Positions 1 through 7,731 are shown, numbered from the stretch's first letter. The stretch: 64,000 nt of DNA from an uncultured Lachnospiraceae bacterium (GCA_910587295.1 CAJULP010000088.1:5347-69346), one strand, 5' to 3'. Numbers and translations are program-made. The notes: generated by a model not told the origin, from the letters alone.

Positions 1-53
1 GTAGCAAACAGATAATCAATCGTGCACTCTGCCCTATAGCATTTTGTTATACC

Positions 54-82
54 TTGAAAAGTTTTTACCGCCGTGATAAAAT
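54..82 (+). promoter_or_regulatory. Putative sigma-A promoter P1 (TTGAAA, 17 nt, TAAAAT, with an extended -10 TG)
   Basis: TTGAAA lies at 54-59 and TAAAAT at 77-82, with TG at 74-75 one nt upstream of the -10. AAGGAGGT (103-110) and ATG (116) follow. Confidence 0.4.
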
Positions 83-130
83 TAAAACACCCACATTTGG
101 GCAAGGAGGTATTTTATGTTCATAAAAAAA

Positions 131-158
131 TTGACTTGCCCTGTTCTCTTTTTATAAG
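131..158 (+). promoter_or_regulatory. Putative sigma-A promoter P2 (TTGACT, 16 nt, TATAAG)
   Basis: TTGACT lies at 131-136 and TATAAG at 153-158. It would start a roughly 270-nt untranslated transcript ending at the 406-439 terminator. Confidence 0.35.
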
Positions 159-405
159 GTCGCAACACTGGTACCAAAGCAGTTTAAACTGGGTTAAATG
201 CAGTTACTGATACAGCGATACTCTACCAGTGGCACTGGGTAAATATGCCCACTGTATCGTGTACTCCTTGTAATCTGTCAGCTAATGGGCGAACCAAACA
301 GCAGAACCATAAGTGCATAAGTGACAGGGTACTTGATAGAAACTCTAGGTTGCGCTGGTGTGGCGAAAGCCTGCAAAGTACATAGGGTAAAAAAATTTGG
401 CAGAG

Positions 406-439
406 AACTGATAGAACGCAACTTCTATCAGTTTCTTTG
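406..439 (+). terminator. Intrinsic terminator-like hairpin
   Basis: The stem is AACTGATAGAA (406-416) with TTCTATCAGTT (423-433), and the loop is CGCAAC. The U-rich tail TTTCTTTG (432-439) starts within the 3' arm of the stem. On the minus strand the T-run is about 9 nt away, so the hairpin is weaker in that direction. Confidence 0.5.
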
Positions 440-490
440 ATATAGCGGTAAAAACTTTTCAAGGTACAACAAAATCTATTATGTTTGTGG

Positions 491-709
491 TTACTGTTCA
501 ATCAGGTCTTTATCAGCAAATTCCATTGGGTCTATATCAAGAAATTTGCAGAGTTTAACCAATTCCTTCCCTTTTATGTCTCTCTTTTTTGACTTATTTT
601 TAAGGCTGTCATATAGCGCCATATAGGAAATTCCTGTTCTTCGAGAGACAACCGTAAGTGCAATTCCTTTATCATCTATGCACTTTGAAAGATTTTCCTC
701 TAATGTCAT
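491..709 (-). CDS. XRE/Cro-type helix-turn-helix regulator (72 aa)
   Basis: I trimmed ORF 491..781 to the ATG at 709, which is preceded by GGAGGTG. There is an HTH-like segment LTVVSRRTGISYMALYDSLKN. The gene is divergent from the ImmR-like gene across a 152-bp AT-rich intergenic region. Confidence 0.75.
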   Translation of the reverse strand: MTLEENLSKCIDDKGIALTVVSRRTGISYMALYDSLKNKSKKRDIKGKELVKLCKFLDIDPMEFADKDLIEQ

Positions 710-861
710 ATAAGCACCTCCAATCTTGTTTATCGAATTATTCGTTATACTCAATATAATATCGTTTTGTTCGTTTGTCAATAGTTTTTATCGAATTTTT
801 CAATATTTTTATTGACATGCTAAAATTATTCGTTATAATGAAATTATTAGGAGGTTGACAA

Positions 862-1320
862 ATGGCTAGTAAAGATTTTTCTAATAAATTAAAATCACTG
901 CGTTTGAAAGCTGGGTATAGCCAAAAAGACGTGTATGAACATTTTAAGATTCCCCAATCTACGTTCAGCTCATGGGAAGTTGGTAAATCGGAGCCATCAG
1001 GCGAAATGCTCATAAAACTATGCGAATTCTATAAATGCGATATGGTAAAAGAATTTTCATCAGATAATGACATAACTTATATAGAATGGGATATGCTTGA
1101 AAAATACCGTGCCCTCGACCCTCACGGAAAAGAAATGGTAGACTTCACTCTCCTAAAGGAATGGGAACGCTCTACTGCAGAAGCAGAAAAATCAAATGTT
1201 GTTCCGTTAACTTTAAAAGAAGATACTACATATTATGTCAATGCCGCCCACCCGATTGAGGACGCAACCGAGGAAGATAAATTATTCGATGAAAACCTTA
1301 TGGATGATGAAAATTTCTAG
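862..1320 (+). CDS. XRE-family repressor, ImmR/CI-like (HTH N-terminus, acidic C-terminus)
   Basis: The HTH_3-like segment is LKSLRLKAGYSQKDVYEHFKIPQSTFSSWEVGKSEPS. GGAGG lies 7 nt before the ATG. The gene is followed by an ImmA-like gene. Confidence 0.8.
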   Translation: MASKDFSNKLKSLRLKAGYSQKDVYEHFKIPQSTFSSWEVGKSEPSGEMLIKLCEFYKCDMVKEFSSDNDITYIEWDMLEKYRALDPHGKEMVDFTLLKEWERSTAEAEKSNVVPLTLKEDTTYYVNAAHPIEDATEEDKLFDENLMDDENF

Positions 1321-1365
1321 TCCGTTTTATAGGACACAAAATTTGCTACAATTCTATAAAAGGGG

Positions 1366-1833
1366 ATGATTATTTTGACTACATACGAAGATATTCTTAT
1401 GGAAGCGGATGCTAATAACTTGATTACCAAGGAAAAGCCTCTCCGTGCTCACAAAGGGAGGATAAAAGGGAACCGTATTGCTGTGAACGGTAATTTATCC
1501 GAAAGAGAAAAGAAATGTGTTATGGCAGAAGAACTCGGCCACTATTATACTGGGTACGGTAATATCCTAGACCAATCCCTAATATCCAATAGGAAGCAGG
1601 AACTTCACGGAAGGATTTATGCATACAATAAACTTGTTGGCCTTATGGGTATCGTAGATGCCTATAAAAATCACTGTACAAGCATTTCGGAATCGGCAGA
1701 GTTTCTTGATGTAACAGAGGAGTTCTTAAATGACGCATTAAGCCACTATAAAAGTAAATATGGAAGATATGCAGTTATTGATAACTATGCTATCTTTTTC
1801 GAACCCTATATAGCAGTACTGGAGCTAATGTAA
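1366..1833 (+). CDS. ImmA/IrrE (M78, COG2856)-like protein with a variant metal-binding motif
   Basis: IAVNGNLSEREKKCVMAEELGHYYTG aligns with the usual I.IN..LS......LAHELGH block. Position after an XRE gene is typical. The start is uncertain (ATG 1366 abuts the SD, and TTG 1375 is possible). Confidence 0.65.
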   Translation: MIILTTYEDILMEADANNLITKEKPLRAHKGRIKGNRIAVNGNLSEREKKCVMAEELGHYYTGYGNILDQSLISNRKQELHGRIYAYNKLVGLMGIVDAYKNHCTSISESAEFLDVTEEFLNDALSHYKSKYGRYAVIDNYAIFFEPYIAVLELM

Positions 1834-1892
1834 TTAACGGTTAAACCGCTACGGCGTTTTAATAAAAAACAAAAGAAAAGAGGGTATTTACC

Positions 1893-2267
1893 ATGATTGA
1901 TTTCCAAAACAAAGCTTTTGTCAAACTCGTCAAAACTCCTGCCGAATCAGTAATGAACGACATTACGCCATTGCTAATCCCCAGTGAAAATGTAATCGGC
2001 GCTTACAGATCTATACGTGATTATGTTGTATTTACCGACAAACGTATTATTTCTGTCAATGTCCAAGGCGTAACCGGAAAGAAAAAAGATTTTACTTCTC
2101 TTCCTTATTCCAAAATACAGGCATTTTCTGTTGAGACAGCCGGTGTATTTGATATGGACAGTGAATTGGAAATGTATTTTAGCAGTTTAGGAAAAGTTAA
2201 ATTTGAATTTTCCGGTTCAAGCGATATTGTAAAAATTGGCCAGCTTATCAGCAGTTTCATTTTATAG
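1893..2267 (+). CDS. Bacterial PH-domain protein (YokE-like)
   Basis: The 124-aa size and the pattern ...VVFTDKRIISVNVQGVTGKKKDFTSLPYSKIQAFSVETAG...EMYFSSLGKVKFEF are typical of the bacterial pleckstrin-homology (bPH) family. Confidence 0.6.
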   Translation: MIDFQNKAFVKLVKTPAESVMNDITPLLIPSENVIGAYRSIRDYVVFTDKRIISVNVQGVTGKKKDFTSLPYSKIQAFSVETAGVFDMDSELEMYFSSLGKVKFEFSGSSDIVKIGQLISSFIL

Positions 2268-2417
2268 CAAAAAACCGCCCCTGCGCCAACAGGAACGGTT
2301 TTGACATCCCCGAAGGTGATGCCTTATGAATACATAGTTATAGTATCATCTTTGGGGGCAGCCTGCAAGCGATTATTTCGCTGGCTGTTATTTTTATACT
2401 TAAAAAGGAGGGTGATC

Positions 2418-3695
2418 ATGACAGGCGGAACAAGAAAAAGAGGAAAAACATGGAGCTACTACTTTGACCTTGGCACGGTAGGCGGCAAACGCCAGAAGAA
2501 GGAAAAAGGCGGCTTCAAGACCAAAAAGGAAGCGGAAACGGCACTTGCAAAAGCTCTAAGCGAATATCACAGCACCGGCCAGATATTTGAACCATCTGAA
2601 ATTAGCGTATCCGATTACCTTGACCAGTGGTATGACCTGTACTGCAGGCCTAACCTGAAATACAACACACAGGTCAATTACCTGACTATCATGGGGAAGC
2701 ACCTTAAACCCCAGTTCGGCTGTTTCAAGCTGAAAACCCTCACACCCGCCGCTATCCAAGAATATGCAAATAATTTAAAAATGAATGGATTTGCAAAGAA
2801 CCACGTAGATGGGATCTTGTCCGTGTTCAGCACCGCCCTGGACTACGCCGTGGAGCCGCTCCATTACCTGCCCGCTAACCCGATGCAGTATGTAAAGCAC
2901 CCGAAAGCTGACCGGAAAACTCGTGAAAGGATTATCCTGTCTTTGGATGAATGGCAGCGGATAATAGATCGCTTTCCTTCAGGGTCACGTTTCCATATTC
3001 CCCTAATGATCGGGTTTTATACCGGCCTGCGGATCAGTGAAACCTTTGCCTTGACATGGGATGACATAGACCTTGAAAACAAGACCTTGACCGTCAATAA
3101 GCAAATTGTAAAGCGGAACTTCGGGGCTGATGTCCGCAAAGCAGTTGAAAGAACCGGAAAAAGGGAATTGCATTCCTCATGGTATTTTGCCACGCCAAAG
3201 ACCGTGACCTCAACACGTACCATAAAGTTTGGTGACACCCTTTGTCAGGCATTAAGACAGGAGCATACCGCCCAGCTGAAAAACGAACTGAAATACGGGG
3301 AATACTACACTATCCATGTTTTAAAGAAGGAAAAGGATGAAAAGGGGGAAGACATCCAGCGAATTATCCCCGTCCAGAAATGCATTGAGTCATCCCTGCC
3401 CCGTGTGCGCATGGTGTGTGTGACAGAAGACGGGGGATATACTTCCACGGATTCGTTTAAGTACTGTTCACGTGTGATCCACAAGGAACTACTGCTTGCT
3501 TTTGATTACCATTCCCTGCGGCACACCCACGCCACGATCCTGATCGAGTCCGGCGCTGACGTGAAGGACGTGCAGGTTCGGTTGGGTCATTCCAATATTC
3601 AGACCACCTTGCAGACTTACGTGCATGACACTGACGTGATGGCATCACGTTCCGTTGATATCTTTGAACAGGCGACCAGCCTGAAAACTTCATGA
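2418..3695 (+). CDS. int: Tyrosine-type site-specific integrase
   Basis: I trimmed ORF 2301..3695 to the ATG at 2418, which is preceded by AAAGGAGGG. The N-terminal arm-binding type domain is GKTWSYYFDLG...FKTKKEAETAL. The catalytic region has GLRISE, HSLRHTHAT and LGHSNIQTTLQTYVH. Confidence 0.9.
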   Translation: MTGGTRKRGKTWSYYFDLGTVGGKRQKKEKGGFKTKKEAETALAKALSEYHSTGQIFEPSEISVSDYLDQWYDLYCRPNLKYNTQVNYLTIMGKHLKPQFGCFKLKTLTPAAIQEYANNLKMNGFAKNHVDGILSVFSTALDYAVEPLHYLPANPMQYVKHPKADRKTRERIILSLDEWQRIIDRFPSGSRFHIPLMIGFYTGLRISETFALTWDDIDLENKTLTVNKQIVKRNFGADVRKAVERTGKRELHSSWYFATPKTVTSTRTIKFGDTLCQALRQEHTAQLKNELKYGEYYTIHVLKKEKDEKGEDIQRIIPVQKCIESSLPRVRMVCVTEDGGYTSTDSFKYCSRVIHKELLLAFDYHSLRHTHATILIESGADVKDVQVRLGHSNIQTTLQTYVHDTDVMASRSVDIFEQATSLKTS

Positions 3696-3707
3696 TAAAA
3701 AAGAGAA

Positions 3708-3747
3708 AGAGGGCTGACAGCAAAAGTTCACCGCTGTTTAGCCCTCT
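3708..3747 (+). terminator. Hairpin downstream of int
   Basis: AGAGGGC (3708-3714) pairs with GCCCTCT (3741-3747), and ACAGC (3717-3721) pairs with GCTGT (3733-3737). The tail is only moderately T-rich. Confidence 0.4.
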
Positions 3748-3776
3748 CTTAACGTTTTAGGTCATTTTTTTAAATT

Positions 3777-3798
3777 TCGGTGGCAAATCGGTGGCAAA
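3777..3798. repeat. Perfect tandem direct repeat, 2 x TCGGTGGCAAA
   Basis: The copies at 3777-3787 and 3788-3798 are identical. They lie between the int stop and the rlmD stop, so they are candidate arm-type integrase/Xis binding sites. Confidence 0.85.
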
Positions 3799-3835
3799 CT
3801 ACCTATTTTCACACCCTATAAAGCCTTGAAAGCCC

Positions 3836-5272
3836 TCATTTTATGCGGATTAAAGACACAACCGTCTCAACGTGCACCGTCATCGGAAACATATCAACCG
3901 CCCGCACTCTCTTAATCTCATACCCACCCCCGCAAAGCACCTTAAGATCCCTTGCCAGCGTAGCGCTGTCGCAGCTCACATAGACAATCCGCTCCGGCCT
4001 CATTTTCAGCATAGTCTCTAAGCATGCCGCATCGCAGCCTTTTCTGGGCGGATCCACCATGATCACATCCGCATAAATATTTTCCTTCTCAAATTTCTCA
4101 GGAAGCACTTCCTCTGCCTTCCCTACAAAAAATGCAGCATTCCCAATTCCGTTCCGAAGTGCGTTTTCCTTGGCATCCCGGATAGCCTGAGGAACAATTT
4201 CCACACCATAGACCTCCTTGGCCCGACCTGCTAAAAACAGTGAGATCGTTCCAATCCCACAATATAAATCCCACACCGTTTCCTTCCCTGTAAGCCCCGC
4301 ATACGATAGCGCCAGACTGTACAACTTCTCCGTCTGCACCGGGTTCACCTGGTAAAATGACAATGGAGAAATGGCAAAGGTGATCCCCTTCCCCTGTAGC
4401 TCAAACCCATTTTCCGCATCTCTTACAAAAATGGTATCATTAATGGTACTCCTGCCCCATATCGTATGGATTTCTTTCCCCATGATCACATTGGTTTTTT
4501 CCGTATTAATACTCACGGATATGCTGGTCATACCCTTTATCCGGGAAAGATCGCAGATCAGCTTCTCCTGTGACGGCAGGAACACGCTTCCACGCTTTTT
4601 ACCGCTGATCACCAGACAGACCATGATCTCACCGCTGTAGAACCCTTTCCGGATCAGCACATGTCGGATTAGTCCTTCCCCCGCAGCTTCCTCATAGGCA
4701 GGCACATGGTTTTCCTCCATATACGACAAAACCGTTTCTAAAATTTCCTTATTTTCCAAAACGCCAAGACCACAGTCCGTATTGGCTATGATACTATGGG
4801 TTCTTCCCGCATAAAAACCTGCTATAGGCTTTCCTTCTTTATCCTTTCCAATCGGGTACTGAGCTTTGTTCCGGTAATGGAAAGGATCTTCCATTCCCAC
4901 CACAGGCTCCATGACCCCGTCAATAAACTCTGCATCGAAGCCCCCGATACGCACCAGGTTATTCCTGACTTTCGATTGTTTAAATTCCAACTGGCGTTCA
5001 TAGTCCATAGCCTGTATCTGGCAGCCGCCGCATTGTTTATGAAAACCGCATATCGGTTCCACACGAAAAGGAGAAGGCTCTACGACCTTCTCTAATCTTC
5101 CATAAGCATAATTTTTTTTGGTACGGGTGACACGGATCTGAACCGTATCGCCAATGACTGCATCTTTCACGAAAAAGGGATAGCCACTTATCTTACCAAT
5201 CCCTTCTCCTTCCGATGTGATATCCTCAATCTCCACCGTCAAGATCTGATTTTTTTCGTAGGGCATACTCAT
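3836..5272 (-). CDS. rlmD: 23S rRNA (uracil-5)-methyltransferase RlmD/RumA
   Basis: It has a TRAM-like N-terminus, the Fe-S cysteines CGFHKQCGGCQ, the SAM motif DLYCGIGTISL and the catalytic YVSCDSATLARD. The annotated 5287 start is GTG, and I prefer ATG 5272 after AGGAAGGGGTGG. Confidence 0.9.
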   Translation of the reverse strand: MSMPYEKNQILTVEIEDITSEGEGIGKISGYPFFVKDAVIGDTVQIRVTRTKKNYAYGRLEKVVEPSPFRVEPICGFHKQCGGCQIQAMDYERQLEFKQSKVRNNLVRIGGFDAEFIDGVMEPVVGMEDPFHYRNKAQYPIGKDKEGKPIAGFYAGRTHSIIANTDCGLGVLENKEILETVLSYMEENHVPAYEEAAGEGLIRHVLIRKGFYSGEIMVCLVISGKKRGSVFLPSQEKLICDLSRIKGMTSISVSINTEKTNVIMGKEIHTIWGRSTINDTIFVRDAENGFELQGKGITFAISPLSFYQVNPVQTEKLYSLALSYAGLTGKETVWDLYCGIGTISLFLAGRAKEVYGVEIVPQAIRDAKENALRNGIGNAAFFVGKAEEVLPEKFEKENIYADVIMVDPPRKGCDAACLETMLKMRPERIVYVSCDSATLARDLKVLCGGGYEIKRVRAVDMFPMTVHVETVVSLIRIK

Positions 5273-5287
5273 CCACCCCTTCCTCAC

Positions 5288-6232
5288 TTACTCCATGCCG
5301 GTTCCCCGCAGATTGGAATCAAACAACCGGTTAAATCCCATCCATCCTGTTTCCGTGGCATTATCCAAAAGCTCCGTAAAAGTTTCCAATTTTGCGTCTG
5401 TGTTGTCCGCAAAATTCAGCGCCAGTGCCTCCATGATCGCAGGTTTTTTGGGGGAACCAAATTCATACTCTCCATGATGAGCCAGAATACAGTGTTTCAA
5501 CTCACTGGCAAGTAAAACCGGAAATCCCGGAATCTTACGGATCCTTTCGCTGACCATTTCCGTTCCGATCACAATATGTCCTAAAAACTGCCCTTCCTCC
5601 GTATAATCATTTTGAGGGAATAAGGACAGCTCTTTCACCTTTCCCATATCATGGCAGATCGCCGCACTAATCAGCAGATCCCTATTTAGTTTCGGATACG
5701 CCTGACAATAAAACTCACAAAGTCTTACCACACTTAGGGTATGCTGCAGCAACCCTCCTACAAACCCATGATGGACAGTCTTGGCAGCAGATGATTTTTT
5801 AAACAATGTGATAAAATCCTGATCCGCCACAAAAAAATCCTGAAGCAGTTCATTTAAAAAAGGATTTTTTACCTTATCAATATAGACAAGTAATTCCGCA
5901 TACATATCCTCTATATTATATTTGCTTACAGGCAGGTAGTCGGCAGGGTCAAATTCACCCTCCTGACACTTCCTGACCCTCTTCACATTCACCTGCAGCG
6001 CACCCTGAAAACAGGTAATATCTCCATGCACTTCTATATAATCCAGAGAATCAAACTCCGCAATCCCCGCATGATTCGGATCCCAGACCTTGGCATCGAC
6101 CGTTCCCGTCTTATCCTGCAAAATAAGGCTGTCATAGGGCTTCCCGTTTTTGGTCACGGCAGATACCTTATGCTTACAAAGATAAATACCAAGCATCCTG
6201 TCTCCGTCTTTATATTCCTTGATATATTTCAT
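5288..6232 (-). CDS. yhaM: 3'-5' exoribonuclease YhaM-like (OB fold + HD domain)
   Basis: The N-terminal OB-fold region is LILQDKTGTVDAKVWD. The HD-domain motifs are HTLSV, CHDMGK and LAHHGEYEFGSP. Confidence 0.8.
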   Translation of the reverse strand: MKYIKEYKDGDRMLGIYLCKHKVSAVTKNGKPYDSLILQDKTGTVDAKVWDPNHAGIAEFDSLDYIEVHGDITCFQGALQVNVKRVRKCQEGEFDPADYLPVSKYNIEDMYAELLVYIDKVKNPFLNELLQDFFVADQDFITLFKKSSAAKTVHHGFVGGLLQHTLSVVRLCEFYCQAYPKLNRDLLISAAICHDMGKVKELSLFPQNDYTEEGQFLGHIVIGTEMVSERIRKIPGFPVLLASELKHCILAHHGEYEFGSPKKPAIMEALALNFADNTDAKLETFTELLDNATETGWMGFNRLFDSNLRGTGME

Positions 6233-6264
6233 ACTGATCCCCGTTTCTATTTCTCTTTATTTTA

Positions 6265-7587
6265 TTATCCGTTTTTCATGCTTAGTACAGCGCTTACTTC
6301 CATCTCCGTATAGCCTTCCGGACCTTCACGCATCAGGTCCACCGCAATCGTTTCTTCAGGCCGGAATGACTGCAAAGCTATTACAAGGTCATGATAACTG
6401 GCGATCTCCAGCTCATTGATGCGCACCACCACATCTCCGCTTTGGATTCCGGCATCCATGGCAGGTGAATCCATGTCAATCTCCGTAATATAGGCACCCA
6501 CCGGAACCCCTAAAGCTTCATTTGCCTCCGTAGTCACATCCACTCCATAAACGCCAAAATAAGCAATACTTTTATCATTAGATAAGCTTTCCACCACTTT
6601 TTTTAATTCCGTGATGCCAATGGCACTAATGATATTTTTCATGTCTTCCCCATTATATGACATATCCACCATGCCGATCACCTGACCTCTGAGGTTGACC
6701 AGTACGCCGCTGGCATTGGTACTTCCATATATGTCTGTGGTCATATACTTATAATTGGAATCCGGCAGCCGGATACTGTTCCCCGTGGAAGTGATATTCC
6801 CATAACATATAGAACCTTCTGTGCCTGTTGGCCTTCCCAGCGCAATAACGGGAGTTCCTTCCAGACCGCCCGCTGCGGAAGTTCCCAGGTTCACTACTTT
6901 AACCATATCAGCCGTAGAGACATTTAACATTGCTTTCGAAATAGCAATGATCCCATAACCCGTATTGTTATCTATCTTTTTGATAAATGCATCATATTCC
7001 AGTCCGTCCTTAAAAGTAACTTTTACGGAATCCGCATCTTCAATGCTGCTGATATCGGCAAGAATCAGTAATTCTCTTTTGTTATCGGCAACGATCACAC
7101 CGGAGACCACGCCTTCGTTCTCATAAACATTATCCAGCCAGCCTACGTCCGAGGTAACGCCTACAACGCTTACCATAGAATTTTGAACCTCTCTGGCAAC
7201 CTGGTTAAGACTGTTTGTCAGAGAAAGGTACTCGTCCGTTCCCATGTTGATCTTCGAAAGCAGCCGGGCAATGATCTTTTCTTCCTCCAGTACCGGCACC
7301 GGGGTAGGCTCCGGCTGCATCTGAGATTCATCCACGATCATATCTTCCGGCAGGATTTCGTTTTCTTCCGGTTCCTCCGGAAAAACTACCGGATCCGGTT
7401 CTTCTTCCGGATACAGCTTATTGTTGATCACAGGCTCTAAAAGCAAAAACGTGACACAGGCCACCAGACCAAAAATAACTGCCATTGCCACCGTAAGCAG
7501 CATACGCCGGACCAGCTTCCTTCTATTTAACGGTCTTTGTTTAATGGTTTCTTTCATGAAATCAGAATGATTCTGGTTTTCTTCCAT
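6265..7587 (-). CDS. Membrane-anchored HtrA/DegP-like (S1C fold) + PDZ protein, apparently lacking the catalytic His
   Basis: I trimmed the ORF to ATG 7587, because the longer ORF runs through the tRNA gene. There is one TM helix and an acidic/proline linker. The S1C-like blocks are SVVGV...GVVSGVIV...VIALGRP.G, followed by a PDZ-like C-terminus. There is no His between about aa 100 and 400. Confidence 0.7.
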   Translation of the reverse strand: MEENQNHSDFMKETIKQRPLNRRKLVRRMLLTVAMAVIFGLVACVTFLLLEPVINNKLYPEEEPDPVVFPEEPEENEILPEDMIVDESQMQPEPTPVPVLEEEKIIARLLSKINMGTDEYLSLTNSLNQVAREVQNSMVSVVGVTSDVGWLDNVYENEGVVSGVIVADNKRELLILADISSIEDADSVKVTFKDGLEYDAFIKKIDNNTGYGIIAISKAMLNVSTADMVKVVNLGTSAAGGLEGTPVIALGRPTGTEGSICYGNITSTGNSIRLPDSNYKYMTTDIYGSTNASGVLVNLRGQVIGMVDMSYNGEDMKNIISAIGITELKKVVESLSNDKSIAYFGVYGVDVTTEANEALGVPVGAYITEIDMDSPAMDAGIQSGDVVVRINELEIASYHDLVIALQSFRPEETIAVDLMREGPEGYTEMEVSAVLSMKNG

Positions 7588-7657
7588 CTTCTTTCCCTGT
7601 ACGCCCCTTAGTATAAAAAATTGATAGCCATCTCCTTTTGAAGATGGCCATTTGCAG

Positions 7658-7731
<74 letters not shown>

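Larger units (their letters stand above)
41..475. repeat. 31-bp inverted repeat pair (41-71 and 445-475) bracketing a 373-bp non-coding cassette
   Basis: The reverse complement of 41-71 (GCGGTAAAAACTTTTCAAGGTATAACAAAAT) matches 445-475 (GCGGTAAAAACTTTTCAAGGTACAACAAAAT) at 30 of 31 positions. The mismatch is A:C in a plus-strand RNA but G:U in a minus-strand RNA. Confidence 0.9.
1..3798. mobile_element. Right-hand end of an integrative element (ICE/prophage-like) that continues beyond the left window edge
   Basis: The order repressor, antirepressor-type peptidase, integrase, all reading towards the element end, with a divergent Cro-like gene, is the ICEBs1 immR-immA-int layout. The integrase is the last gene before the housekeeping gene rlmD. 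The regulatory half is visibly AT-rich. Tandem 11-bp repeats at 3777-3798 look like arm-type sites. The exact att boundary cannot be set without the other end. Confidence 0.6.

Noticed and set aside
245-385. 46-codon plus-strand ORF (MPTVSCTPCNLSANGRTKQQNHKCISDRVLDRNSRLRWCGESLQST) with CxxC-like spacing
   Set aside because: It has only a weak GGGT four nt before the ATG and no family resemblance. It lies inside the apparently structured region, so it cannot be supported as a gene from sequence alone.
160-440. Possibility that the ~270-nt promoter-to-terminator unit is a housekeeping RNA (SRP/4.5S, 6S, tmRNA or RNase P)
   Set aside because: I could not find the diagnostic motifs: an SRP domain IV GGAAGCAGCC-type loop, RNase P GAGGAAAGUCC, or a tmRNA tRNA-like 3' end with a tag ORF. 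The location inside a mobile element also argues against it.
41-475. Calling the inverted-repeat-bracketed region a retron msr-msd outright
   Set aside because: There is no reverse-transcriptase gene in the window, and I found no long msd-type hairpin by eye. I keep it only as one of several hypotheses.
223-501. 92-aa minus-strand ORF covering most of the non-coding cassette
   Set aside because: The composition is not protein-like (C/H/F/L-rich with no recognisable domain) and there is no SD. It overlaps the 3' end of the Cro-like gene and runs across promoter, palindrome and terminator-like signals, so I treat the region as non-coding.
2301-2417. 39-codon N-terminal extension of the integrase ORF
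   Set aside because: The extension is hydrophobic and junk-like. A strong AAAGGAGGG SD precedes the internal ATG at 2418, which begins the conserved arm-binding domain.
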